Shown here: positions 43,254 through 52,248 of the stretch, one piece after another | How positions within the stretch are numbered: position 1 is the first letter of the stretch | Layout of the letters: the number at the start of each line of letters is the position of its first letter | Source of the DNA: a virus | DNA length: 52,269 bases | Strand: one strand, 5' to 3' | IMG/VR virus record: IMGVR_UViG_3300048076_000002 | Span: 1 to 52,269 of that record | The notes under the pieces: generated by a model | Told to the model about the DNA's origin: nothing | What the model saw: only the letters and a program-made list of their open reading frames with translations | Databases searched by the model: none | Made by a program: the position numbers and the translations under genes

Positions 43254-44520
43254 CCAACCTGAATGCTTGTCGTATCCACTGAGTACACATCAATGTAGGA
43301 ACTGCTCGACCCCGTACTGCCCTGTCCTTTTCGATATCGGGCAGAAGTATCCCAAGACTGATCAGATCCTCTACTCGGCGTGATACTGTTTCGATCGTTA
43401 TTCCCGTCAAGTTAGCTATAGCTGTTTTAGTCAATCCGTCGGACAGTGACACTGCTCTGATAATTGCGTATTGTTTATACGCCGATGCCGCTGTGTCAAG
43501 ACCAACTTTCACTAATAAACTACGAATTAAAGGTGTAATCTCAGATACACCGTGAACGTAGCACAAGCACACTGCCAGGATCGATAGCAGCTTGGCAACT
43601 CGTGTTGTGCCCTCTGGTTTAGAGTCATACAGCACTTCCGACACATTGTTTTCTTTGCCTCTTGGAGCTTGTGCCCGGCTGCAAGCAACCATATCAGCAA
43701 TAGCCTGAATCAGCATCTTATCTTCAGTCGTGTATCGTGGTCGAACGATCTCACCACTACGAATCTTAGCATGAAGACGCGATAAGAAGCCAGCCGTATA
43801 TGCTCGTTGTTTAGGGAACGACCTCATATCTCCGGCTTCGTTTCCCTCGAAGTTTGTCAACCCGATATCGTTGAAGATTGAGTCAATCGCATTCATGTTA
43901 CGTTGTACTTCAGTGTCTCGTGACGTGTCGAGACGACAATGTAAGAAGCGTTCGCCAAGTGCCGATTGAGTGAGTGCGTAAATACGCTCTGTAATTCCAA
44001 TGATCATGCCGAATGAAATATTTGAGAATGAAGCTGACACGCCATTACGGTATTCAACGTTTAGATTGCCGTCAAAGATACCTCGAAGCTCGCCATACAC
44101 GTTTGCTAATTGGATAGGCGTTGACTCAAACAGCAGCGTACCGTCAGGAATAATAACACACTTACCCTGCATCAACGGAATGATAGGCTTTCCCTGACGA
44201 TTACCGGATACGAGTCCAGTGAACTTACTGAGATGAAAGGAATGTATTTCATCTGACATTAACAAATCGCAGAGAGTTGATTTGCCGCCTGACGGACGAC
44301 CGACCAAATAGAACCATAGCGGTTCGCCTTCCAAAGGTACAGCAAGATGAACAGCCGCACAGATTGACATACAATCCTCAAACGACTTCGTAACACTCAT
44401 ATCCTGACGATAGATTTCCAACAAGTCAGCGTACGACTCGCAGTGCTGTGGCTGTATTGTTACAACCTCGTCCAGATTGATTTCTTTCAATACTGAACGC
44501 ACAAGCTCATGGAACTGCAT
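43141..44520 (-). CDS. P-loop NTPase, putative replicative (D5/SF3-like) helicase with C-terminal wHTH
   Basis: Walker A GRPSGGKST, and a C-terminal LTKTAIANLTGITIETVSRRVEDLISLGIL. Start moved to ATG 44520 (MQFHELV...), which puts the TGACAGTAAT copy in the spacer. Confidence 0.5.
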   Translation of the reverse strand: MQFHELVRSVLKEINLDEVVTIQPQHCESYADLLEIYRQDMSVTKSFEDCMSICAAVHLAVPLEGEPLWFYLVGRPSGGKSTLCDLLMSDEIHSFHLSKFTGLVSGNRQGKPIIPLMQGKCVIIPDGTLLFESTPIQLANVYGELRGIFDGNLNVEYRNGVSASFSNISFGMIIGITERIYALTQSALGERFLHCRLDTSRDTEVQRNMNAIDSIFNDIGLTNFEGNEAGDMRSFPKQRAYTAGFLSRLHAKIRSGEIVRPRYTTEDKMLIQAIADMVACSRAQAPRGKENNVSEVLYDSKPEGTTRVAKLLSILAVCLCYVHGVSEITPLIRSLLVKVGLDTAASAYKQYAIIRAVSLSDGLTKTAIANLTGITIETVSRRVEDLISLGILLPDIEKDRAVRGRAVPTLMCTQWIRQAFRLVEKHVQVPNSQDHKAAATVNSAGVARNAVPISTKRQN

Positions 44521-44542
44521 TGAACTAACCTTATCCGTCAGG

Positions 44543-44552
44543 TGACAGTAAT
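44543..44552 (+). repeat. TGACAGTAAT motif copy
   Basis: It lies 5 nt after the stop of 44558..44824 and 23 nt before helicase ATG 44520. Confidence 0.9.
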
Positions 44553-44557
44553 AAAAA

Positions 44558-44824
44558 TTACAATCCAATTTTCTTCGCAGCTTCATACACACCGCGAGAT
44601 ACAGCAAACTGATGATCGAGTAAATCATCACACGGTATGAGAGTTATTCCAACAGCGAGTAAAGTTTCGGCAACACGATTTCTGTGTTCTTCAACTAATT
44701 TCTCACCTGTCTTTCCCATTAGATCCATTCGCGTGCTTAGTGCTCGCATCAATGTGTCATCACTAACTGCTTTTTTAATAAGTCTTGGATCTGGCACAGA
44801 ACACCAACCTTTCAAATTAAGCAC
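44558..44824 (-). CDS. hypothetical protein (88 aa)
   Basis: Overlaps the primase stop by 8 nt. Confidence 0.5.
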   Translation of the reverse strand: MLNLKGWCSVPDPRLIKKAVSDDTLMRALSTRMDLMGKTGEKLVEEHRNRVAETLLAVGITLIPCDDLLDHQFAVSRGVYEAAKKIGL

Positions 44825-45578
44825 TAACCGAGTTATACCAATCCCGTAAATCGAATCCCGATGGAATTTCTGAGTGTGAAGGTACAGTCACTTGACTCCA
44901 ATCCAAAGCATGTAAGCTGTTTACAGCGTGCCCTGATTGTTTAATCCGGCGAGCTACCGAAAGCACGCCTTGATGACCTGCATCGTCGTTATCAAACAAT
45001 AGCACGACACTCTTGCCGTCGAGCAGATGCAGCCAGGATGATGCAAAACCAGAGCCAGCAGTGCCGAGCAGGTCAGGAGCATCATTAACGCCTTTCAACA
45101 TCTGACGCCCGATGAGATAGTCAGCATGACCTTCAGCCACCCAAACTTCCTCACTCTTAGTCAGATGTTGCATACCCAGGATTGAGCAGTTCCACGGTTT
45201 TGGCGATGCGTACGCAATGCTCGCTTCGAGACTGTACTTATGTAACGCGATGATGTGTCCTTTCTGATTCATGACCGGAAACCAGAAATACGTGCCGTCG
45301 AACTTAATACCCTCATCCTTCAATGTACGTGGCTGTACGCCTTTTTTGACAGACGTGTATATCCTGGCTTGTTCAGGAGTCAAGGCAGGCAGATCCTCGA
45401 ACCATTGTCGCATGAATGATATTGCGTTGCCGGTCTGCTTACACCGCCAGCACTGAAAGACATTCCCTTCCTCTTTTGACATGGAGAGTTTATCTTCAGC
45501 CGAGCACCACAAGCATGTCAGCCGGTAGTCTTCAGTCTCTTCGCAGAATGGGTACTCAAGATGTTCAAGTAGCTTCAT
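44817..45578 (-). CDS. DNA primase (zinc finger + Toprim)
   Basis: CLWCSAEDK...FQCWRCKQTGNAISF zinc motif. Toprim motifs VWVAEGHADY and VLLFDNDDAGHQG. Confidence 0.75.
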   Translation of the reverse strand: MKLLEHLEYPFCEETEDYRLTCLWCSAEDKLSMSKEEGNVFQCWRCKQTGNAISFMRQWFEDLPALTPEQARIYTSVKKGVQPRTLKDEGIKFDGTYFWFPVMNQKGHIIALHKYSLEASIAYASPKPWNCSILGMQHLTKSEEVWVAEGHADYLIGRQMLKGVNDAPDLLGTAGSGFASSWLHLLDGKSVVLLFDNDDAGHQGVLSVARRIKQSGHAVNSLHALDWSQVTVPSHSEIPSGFDLRDWYNSVSA

Positions 45579-45868
45579 TTCTCAACTTCCTTAACCAACA
45601 CGCCGACAGATCCACCATCACATGCAACTTCACGTACCCATCCGTCAGAGTAAAAGAACGTAATACAATCGTCATCATCAATCATGTGTGTGTGGCGTTC
45701 TCTCATATACTTGTCGGTGTGCCCTGTGATTCGTTGAAAAGCATTGCCAGTTCGTTCCTTATCCGGGACTGGTGCGTCATCCTCAACCCAAATACGCAGG
45801 TACATCTCTCGCCAGTTTTTAGGTATATCTGACGGTTTTAATATGAATAGCTTCTTTAGACGTTTCAT
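45575..45868 (-). CDS. hypothetical protein (97 aa)
   Basis: 4-nt overlap with the primase start. Confidence 0.5.
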   Translation of the reverse strand: MKRLKKLFILKPSDIPKNWREMYLRIWVEDDAPVPDKERTGNAFQRITGHTDKYMRERHTHMIDDDDCITFFYSDGWVREVACDGGSVGVLVKEVEK

Positions 45869-45896
45869 CGCTCTGTCCTAAAAGGTTTTAGACCGC

Positions 45897-46121
45897 TCAA
45901 AAGCCGCCACTGACAGGATTCAAAACAGGAGCAGACATAGAGGCAGGCACAATAGTTTCGAGCTTACTGACTCCGGATGCCACCATCTGATACTGGCGTA
46001 ATGCCTGACGCAGCACCTGATAAGCGTCAAGATTCTGATCGGATGCCAGTTGCTCAATTACCTGGATTTCTTCTTCCGTGAATCCAAGTGACGTAAGCAT
46101 GTGATAAGTTGCAACGTTCAT
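45897..46121 (-). CDS. hypothetical protein (74 aa)
   Basis: Co-oriented ORF. No family recognised. Confidence 0.5.
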   Translation of the reverse strand: MNVATYHMLTSLGFTEEEIQVIEQLASDQNLDAYQVLRQALRQYQMVASGVSKLETIVPASMSAPVLNPVSGGF

Positions 46122-46164
46122 AAATCAGCTTCCTTGTTAAGTTCTGAAATAGAAGTAATACCGT

Positions 46165-46371
46165 TCACGGTTTTCGCACAGCAACCGCATCAACATTCGT
46201 ACCAACATAAACATAATGCTGAGACTCTTCATCGTAAAAACGGTAGACGTACCTTCCCATCTCGTTCTGATACACAAGTGTAGCTGTTGGTACAGGCTCG
46301 TCTACTTTTATCACACTTTTTGATGAGCATCCACATACAAACATAAGCACGCACATAGTAATGAATTTCAT
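46165..46371 (-). CDS. small lipoprotein
   Basis: Start at ATG 46371 (MKFITMCVLMFVCGCSSKS) with a lipobox-like VCGC. AAAGGTG lies upstream. Confidence 0.5.
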   Translation of the reverse strand: MKFITMCVLMFVCGCSSKSVIKVDEPVPTATLVYQNEMGRYVYRFYDEESQHYVYVGTNVDAVAVRKP

Positions 46372-46382
46372 GATCACACCTT

Positions 46383-48368
46383 TCACGCTAGTATAATCTT
46401 TGTTTCCTGATCCCAGCGATGCTTGATCAGCGTCATATCAACAGGAGCGTATACGCCTAACTCGCTCGCTGCCTGCTCCATCAATCCCTTGATCTCACGT
46501 ACATGACGTTTAGGAATTCTCTCTCTGACTTCGGTATCCAATTCGTCATGTACTTGTAGTACGATCCGTCCTTCCGGGTACTCATTAACCAGGTAGTCAT
46601 CGACGTACCGCATAGCACGTTTGACGATGACTCCCTCTGATCCCTGCACAATAAAACATACTCCAGCATGAGCAGCTTTCTCCCATTGACCTGTCCACCT
46701 GTTAAACTGGTCACGTACTTCTAGAGGATAGCCATCCAGAGTCTGTACATTCCCGTGTATTGCGATCTGTTCCTTAGTGTGCAGGATGTACTCGTGAGCA
46801 TTCGGGAAGAGTTGCACAACAACATCCCACAAGCCTGGTTGTCCAGCGGTCTTCTCGATCCTTTTGGGTGTCGCACCAAAAATGAACCCGAAATTGACGT
46901 TTTTAGCAACACGCCTTTGGGATTTAGTAGGTACAGCCGAGTCCGACAATCTGAAAATACGACGGGCAGTGTAATCGTGTGCATCCCAACCTCTTGCGAA
47001 GGCATCAATCATTCCTTTCTCGCCAGTTACTACGGCAAATATGCGTAGTTGTAGCTGTGAGTAGTCACCAGATAACCACCACCACCCTGGTGGCGGTCCA
47101 AAACATGAACGCATCATTGGAGATGCTTCAAGCCATTTAGCAATATCATCGGCGTCATCCTCAAATGGATTTCCTGCCTTAGATACTTGCTGCATTCCCG
47201 GATTACGCATCGCAACACGAGTCGTTGCTGTCCCAGTTGAGTTTATGTCTGGATGCAAGTAACCAAGTTTATTACGGCTGTTGTTGTATAGGTTCAGCGA
47301 CTGAAGTTTCTTCTGGTATTTCTTCAGACTAAGGAAGCATCCTAGAAACTGATACTCCCTCGAATTTTCTTCAACAGTCTCATGGAGCTTCAGGAACGTA
47401 TTAGCATCAACTGACGGCTTCTTTTCTTTCTTCGTGTAGCTGACAGGGTCAAGCTGCCACGTCTCAAATAGTAAATCCCGCACACTATCGTCAGTGAGTT
47501 TATCCACTCCGGATAGCTCGAAACATTTCTGAGTGAGAATGTTGATGTAATGGTCACACGCATTCTTACAGTCTTGCAATTCTGGTATGTTGACCCATAT
47601 ACCACGAGTTTCCATTTTCCAGAGTACGTGGTCTATTGAGCGGTTGATATTCAACAGCCTTTCAAGATCGTCGCCGTGAGTGTGCAGCAGGGCAGCAAAG
47701 AAATGTTCGGCTAGCTCATATGTGTTTACGCAGTCGGCTTTCAGATAACGATTCAGTACACCTTCCAGCATCGAGTCAGGAATCTTAGGCCGGAATGCTT
47801 GCGGAATGGCAGCCAGTACAGCATCCGGCAGCCAGTAGTCCATGCGTCCCCACGATGAGCCTTTACGGTTAGATGCAAATGATTCATGATCTCCGTCGTC
47901 TTCGGCAATGATCCAATCACCGTACTGAGCTTTGAATCGCTTTGACCGAACAAGAGCACGGCACTTATTAACCGCCGTCATTAGATCGTCTTCAGACTCG
48001 TACCCCCGATCAAGATACTCTTTGGTCAGCGAGTCCAGGCTCATCTTGTCAATCGAGCAGTTCAAATGAGCAAGCTGCGATATATCGATGATTCGCTTCC
48101 AGAACTCCGGGGAATCAGGTTCACGCCAGTCAATAAGCTCAGCCTCACACAGAGCTTTAACGTCAAACTTAGCGTTATGAGCAATGAGCATGTCAGCGTC
48201 ATTAAACGCCTTGCAGATTGCAGGATTAAATTTTCCTATCCGACTACGAGTCAACGGGTTAACCTGAAGCTGTTGAGACGAGTAGCTACCGTTGTACATC
48301 CCGATTGCAAACGTCGTGCAACCGTTCTGTAGCTTGATGCCAGTCGTTTCAGTATCGAATGAAAGCAT
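46383..48368 (-). CDS. family A DNA polymerase with 3'-5' exonuclease domain
   Basis: Exo I FDTETTG and Exo II HNAKFD. Polymerase motif A SGDYSQLQLRI, motif B RRVAKNVNFGFIFG and motif C LQVHDELD. Confidence 0.9.
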   Translation of the reverse strand: MLSFDTETTGIKLQNGCTTFAIGMYNGSYSSQQLQVNPLTRSRIGKFNPAICKAFNDADMLIAHNAKFDVKALCEAELIDWREPDSPEFWKRIIDISQLAHLNCSIDKMSLDSLTKEYLDRGYESEDDLMTAVNKCRALVRSKRFKAQYGDWIIAEDDGDHESFASNRKGSSWGRMDYWLPDAVLAAIPQAFRPKIPDSMLEGVLNRYLKADCVNTYELAEHFFAALLHTHGDDLERLLNINRSIDHVLWKMETRGIWVNIPELQDCKNACDHYINILTQKCFELSGVDKLTDDSVRDLLFETWQLDPVSYTKKEKKPSVDANTFLKLHETVEENSREYQFLGCFLSLKKYQKKLQSLNLYNNSRNKLGYLHPDINSTGTATTRVAMRNPGMQQVSKAGNPFEDDADDIAKWLEASPMMRSCFGPPPGWWWLSGDYSQLQLRIFAVVTGEKGMIDAFARGWDAHDYTARRIFRLSDSAVPTKSQRRVAKNVNFGFIFGATPKRIEKTAGQPGLWDVVVQLFPNAHEYILHTKEQIAIHGNVQTLDGYPLEVRDQFNRWTGQWEKAAHAGVCFIVQGSEGVIVKRAMRYVDDYLVNEYPEGRIVLQVHDELDTEVRERIPKRHVREIKGLMEQAASELGVYAPVDMTLIKHRWDQETKIILA

Positions 48369-48407
48369 AACGCTAGTGCCGAGAGAGTTTCTGAGATAGA
48401 TGTACGA

Positions 48408-48722
48408 TCAGCCTTTTGCTGACGATCGTTTGATCCGCCTATGCTTACATCGAGCTTTACTGATGTAGACTAAGCCGGGATTTCTCCAAGCAAGGATACG
48501 AGCTTGAGTATTTAAGCCGTGTCGGTACTCACGGCGAGCATGATCAGCATTAACAACCCGATTCAGTTTTTCGTTGCAGTCGTCTGATCTTCGCTTACGC
48601 AGCATTCTCTCAATCTCTGCGTAATCGTACGTCATTTCAACATCAACTATAGCAATTGTAACTTCTGTTGATGTAAATACAGTACGAGAATTTTTCTTCT
48701 CGTTTGGTGTCTGAGCAATCAT
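48408..48722 (-). CDS. hypothetical basic protein (104 aa)
   Basis: Co-oriented ORF. No family recognised. Confidence 0.5.
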   Translation of the reverse strand: MIAQTPNEKKNSRTVFTSTEVTIAIVDVEMTYDYAEIERMLRKRRSDDCNEKLNRVVNADHARREYRHGLNTQARILAWRNPGLVYISKARCKHRRIKRSSAKG

Positions 48723-48866
48723 TACTTTCTGCTTTCAAACATCTCCGTAGGTGATTACTATATTTTGACTGGGATGTGAGGATAGAACAGTATGGCGGAT
48801 TTAGGTATACGTGTCTTTCCACACGTCTACAACTATGGACCCACTCACATTAGCCAGTACACATCA

Positions 48867-49067
48867 CTAAGGACTTAAAACTGCATTCATAATGTAAGGT
48901 AACATAAGTCCTAAAATCACTAATACCGCGAATACAACAAGCCGCTTAAAGGAATGGTATTCAGCCATTCCTTCCGGGCACATACAACCCGATTTTCTTT
49001 CGGTGCATGTATCGCAGGACGAGCAGTAGTATCGTTTACGTTTTATTGACATCACTGTGACTTTCAA
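48867..49067 (-). CDS. small Cys-rich membrane-anchored protein
   Basis: CSSCDTCTERKSGCMCPEG followed by a TM segment LVVFAVLVILGLMLPYIM. Confidence 0.45.
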   Translation of the reverse strand: MKVTVMSIKRKRYYCSSCDTCTERKSGCMCPEGMAEYHSFKRLVVFAVLVILGLMLPYIMNAVLSP

Positions 49068-49080
49068 CGTGAGTGCCGAG

Positions 49081-49119
49081 AATGAGAAAATAGGAGCTTA
49101 CGACCGTCATAAGCTCCTA
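49081..49119 (-). terminator. rho-independent terminator (minus strand) after 49186..50037
   Basis: A 10-bp stem (TAGGAGCTTA / TAAGCTCCTA) with a 9-nt loop. In minus sense it is followed by TTTTCTCATT. Confidence 0.55.
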
Positions 49120-49171
49120 ATGTTAAGTGAGTGACATTTAATAGCTGACCCAACTACGCACCGACGGTCAG

Positions 49172-49183
49172 TGACAGTAATCA
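49172..49183 (+). repeat. TGACAGTAATCA motif copy
   Basis: It lies 2 nt after the stop of 49186..50037 and ahead of the terminator hairpin. Confidence 0.9.
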
Positions 49184-49185
49184 GA

Positions 49186-50037
49186 TTACGTCGTTGGCGG
49201 GGAGCACTCAAGAAACTGCACTGCCTTGAGTGTGCCGTCAGCAGCTTTCAGACGTACCATTCCTTTCGCATCATTGGCGTCAACGACTTCGCACAAGCCA
49301 AGACCGGGATACGACAGCTTATGCCCTTTCCAGTCTGACGGATTGTAGTCAGCCAGATTGATCTCTGGAGCAGCCAGGGCATCAGATGCTGTTTCGTCAG
49401 CCCACTCATCCTCGCTGCCAGTATTAACACTGGTTGACGCGGTTGTGTTCGCAGGTTCTTCCCAACCCGCATCAGATTCGCCTGACGATTCATGCTGCGG
49501 CGGTGTCGCTACATCCAGATTGGTATTGGCTGCGATGATACGGTAGTTGTACCGCCCCTTGTACGCACCTTTCGTTTGCTTCAGAGCGTTGAGGGTAAAA
49601 CGAGTGCCGATCAGTTTATGCAGATCAGCATCAATGTCAACGTCTGAACGACCTTGCGTCTCAACACCGAGTCGCTGAATATCCTGGTAGAGATATTCGT
49701 GACTGACTTCCAATGTCATCTTTTCGGTGTCGTACATCTGACGCCCAATATCGCAGGACTGACCTCCGAACTCCTGCATTCCTTCAACCGAACCATCCAC
49801 CGTGAACTTGATGAACACTGTAGGCTTGTCGCCGGGTACAGCAACGACACCCTTGAAGATAACCAGCACATCACCCTCCGGCCCTTCGTAATTTTTCTGT
49901 GCCTGAGTAGCAGCAGCCGTCGCCTGATTCTTCTTGAGCCTGGCATTCTTTGCCACCAACTCAGCCAGTGACATTGTCTTTCCACCACCACCGCCAGCAG
50001 CGGGAGCAGTAGAACCACCTTTCTTCGGGGGAACCAT
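49186..50037 (-). CDS. hypothetical protein next to the Sak4-like ATPase (possible DUF669-type ssDNA-binding protein)
   Basis: Start moved to ATG 50037. The call rests on position and an acidic central linker only. Confidence 0.35.
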   Translation of the reverse strand: MVPPKKGGSTAPAAGGGGGKTMSLAELVAKNARLKKNQATAAATQAQKNYEGPEGDVLVIFKGVVAVPGDKPTVFIKFTVDGSVEGMQEFGGQSCDIGRQMYDTEKMTLEVSHEYLYQDIQRLGVETQGRSDVDIDADLHKLIGTRFTLNALKQTKGAYKGRYNYRIIAANTNLDVATPPQHESSGESDAGWEEPANTTASTSVNTGSEDEWADETASDALAAPEINLADYNPSDWKGHKLSYPGLGLCEVVDANDAKGMVRLKAADGTLKAVQFLECSPPTT

Positions 50038-50101
50038 AATCGTAACCTTTCTGAAACTGAGATACACCAAAACAGTGACGGATAATTCCGCCTGACAAAA
50101 C

Positions 50102-50266
50102 TTACGTTTTTACTTCCAAATGCTTCAACGAGCATAACGCATCAGCTGCATTACAGGCAGCTTGTGAAAATTTTAATGCGTCATCCGCTTTACTCGCACA
50201 TTCTGCTTTTGCAATAAGAGCCAGCACTTGTTTTTTTACCGCATTCAACAACATTTCATCACTCAT
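50102..50266 (-). CDS. possible small protein (54 aa, below ORF-track cutoff)
   Basis: MSDEMLLNAVKKQVLALIAKAECASKADDALKFSQAACNAADALCSLKHLEVKT with GGAGAT upstream. It fills an otherwise empty gap. Confidence 0.45.
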   Translation of the reverse strand: MSDEMLLNAVKKQVLALIAKAECASKADDALKFSQAACNAADALCSLKHLEVKT

Positions 50267-50422
50267 CGGGTTCTATCTCCGAAAAGTACCACCGTGAATA
50301 GTAAATGGATTAGTAGCACGGTAATCTACTAACTCGTGATCTGTGTCATCCCCACCGATCAGTACGCATTCGCAACATCCATACAACCTGTATACGGCTC
50401 ATGGGTAGTAGGCGAAAATTCA

Positions 50423-51487
50423 CTACGCTCCGATGACTACTCTCAGATTAGCCCAAGTTTCCGCAGCCGTGTCTCCACACTCGACTTCGCCTTCACTACT
50501 CGACGACAGCCAGGATTTTGCTTCGTAGTACGTCGATGGCATCAGTCCAATGAACCTTCTGTCGGACGTGACAATCTTCTTTTTAGTAGCCTGATTGACC
50601 ATCACACTGACGTCTCGGCCAAGATAGAACAGTCCTTGCAAACTCTTATTGAGAACTTCGAAAACAGTCTTGCCGAGTTCAGGACGGTACTTATCGAAGT
50701 CCGGTCCAATTGGGTTACGTGTATTCTTGAATGAACTATGAGCAATCAGGACGACGTTGAATCCCTTCGCAGCAAGCTCCAGGCATCGTGGCAGGAACTC
50801 TGTCTGCCAATACACGTTCGCCGCCATCGTCGCACCGCGAGCGAATGACGTAAACTCTGGATCGGTTATCTTGCCGTCAAACAACCGACTAGCACAGTGC
50901 TGATAACTGATCTGCTCCAGACCGCTAACCGAGTCAAACACCAGCGTCTTGCGGTCATGCTTCGTACTGCCGAATCGATCAAGTACCTCAATTGCTTTCT
51001 CCCATCCCGGATGCCCGGAATTAGCAGGAATGCAATCAGCATCAAACAATTGTGGCAAGTCAATGACCGGGATAGTCGGATCAACACGCTTGTGCTTCTT
51101 GTGAATATGAATGCCCTGCTCGCCAGCCGTAGCGACGAATAGAGGCTTGTCCATTTGAGCAGCAACGGTCGTCTTACCTTCTCCTGGTGGACCGTAGAGC
51201 ATGATGAACAGACCGTGCTGAGAGTACGGACTGACAAGATCCCCGAAAGGATTGCTCCCAGCATCCATACGGGGGATAGACTTCCCTGACTTGACAGCAG
51301 CATTCGCAGCAGCTACGGCAGCGTTAAAACCGGCTGTAGGTCCACATTCAACTTTTGACGACGCCACAGAAGATTTCTGAGGCAGAGAAGTGGTGCTCGC
51401 GGGTGCTGTCACGACTGGTTTAGCGAGTTGTTTAGCGAGTTGTTTTGACGATCTGGCTGGACGATGAAGTTGTGTAGGAGTGGTCAT
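50423..51487 (-). CDS. AAA_24/Sak4-like RecA-fold ATPase
   Basis: Walker A MLYGPPGEGKTT, Walker B-like LVFDSVSGL, and VVLIAHS. The N-terminal ~90 aa are low complexity. Confidence 0.6.
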   Translation of the reverse strand: MTTPTQLHRPARSSKQLAKQLAKPVVTAPASTTSLPQKSSVASSKVECGPTAGFNAAVAAANAAVKSGKSIPRMDAGSNPFGDLVSPYSQHGLFIMLYGPPGEGKTTVAAQMDKPLFVATAGEQGIHIHKKHKRVDPTIPVIDLPQLFDADCIPANSGHPGWEKAIEVLDRFGSTKHDRKTLVFDSVSGLEQISYQHCASRLFDGKITDPEFTSFARGATMAANVYWQTEFLPRCLELAAKGFNVVLIAHSSFKNTRNPIGPDFDKYRPELGKTVFEVLNKSLQGLFYLGRDVSVMVNQATKKKIVTSDRRFIGLMPSTYYEAKSWLSSSSEGEVECGDTAAETWANLRVVIGA

Positions 51488-51588
51488 TAACCCAACTTTC
51501 TGATAATTAGTGCGTGCTGACTTTACACCGGGTTTTTTACTTTTATCACCGTCAGTTGCCGGGTGATAATCATTGTTCGCTGGTGCTA

Positions 51589-51840
51589 CTACGTGAGCTT
51601 GTCAGCCACAAAACGTTTTCCCACATACGTTGCGATGCAGTGGCTGACAAATGCCTTGCCCTGTCGTCGCAATTCGTCCGCCAATACGAACTTCTGTGAA
51701 TCCAGCAACATCAACGACTCGCCGTCTATGTGCAGCATCGCCTTTTCTTCCATCATTGGGACAAGATCGTCCGCAGCACGCACCACGCTGAACGCTTGCT
51801 GAATATCCGCGAACGATTCCAACCGATACACCTGTTTCAC
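51589..51840 (-). CDS. hypothetical protein (83 aa)
   Basis: Co-oriented ORF. Confidence 0.5.
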   Translation of the reverse strand: MKQVYRLESFADIQQAFSVVRAADDLVPMMEEKAMLHIDGESLMLLDSQKFVLADELRRQGKAFVSHCIATYVGKRFVADKLT

Positions 51841-51957
51841 GTTAACCCCCTATGGTCCGCACTCAGCGAACAATGCGGTGAACGCGAGTTGCCGTCCACC
51901 CGGTTTTGATATTGAAAATCTCTTGGCGGCAACCGCGTTACCGCCAGTGTTCTGCGG

Positions 51958-52248
51958 CTACTCACCTCGCCCGGAATACACTCTGCCATCCGTAACTACT
52001 TTCCCACTTGGATCAACGTACACGCTTCCGGCCTCGCACAAGCATCCATTCACCGTGACGGTTCGCGGGCCAACGACGTGGATTCCATGAGAGACCAAAT
52101 AGGCGTCGATCGCGGTGGCAACTTCATCACCAGTCATTCTCACATCCACACCAGGCCCGAACTCGGTTGTACCGCTTCCGTATTTTATGACCATTCCAGC
52201 ATCCACAAGCCGCCGCAGAACAAGCCGGTCAACGCGAGCGGCGGGCAT
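51958..52248 (-). CDS. hypothetical protein (96 aa), 5' part lies in the terminal repeat
   Basis: The ORF start at 52248 corresponds to base 106 of the left repeat copy. Confidence 0.5.
   Translation of the reverse strand: MPAARVDRLVLRRLVDAGMVIKYGSGTTEFGPGVDVRMTGDEVATAIDAYLVSHGIHVVGPRTVTVNGCLCEAGSVYVDPSGKVVTDGRVYSGRGE

Noticed and set aside
49716-50135. 139-aa minus-strand ORF overlapping 49186..50037 out of frame.
   Set aside because: It is an alternative frame of a better gene with Arg/Leu/Ser-rich junk composition. The real small gene in the gap is more likely 50102..50266.
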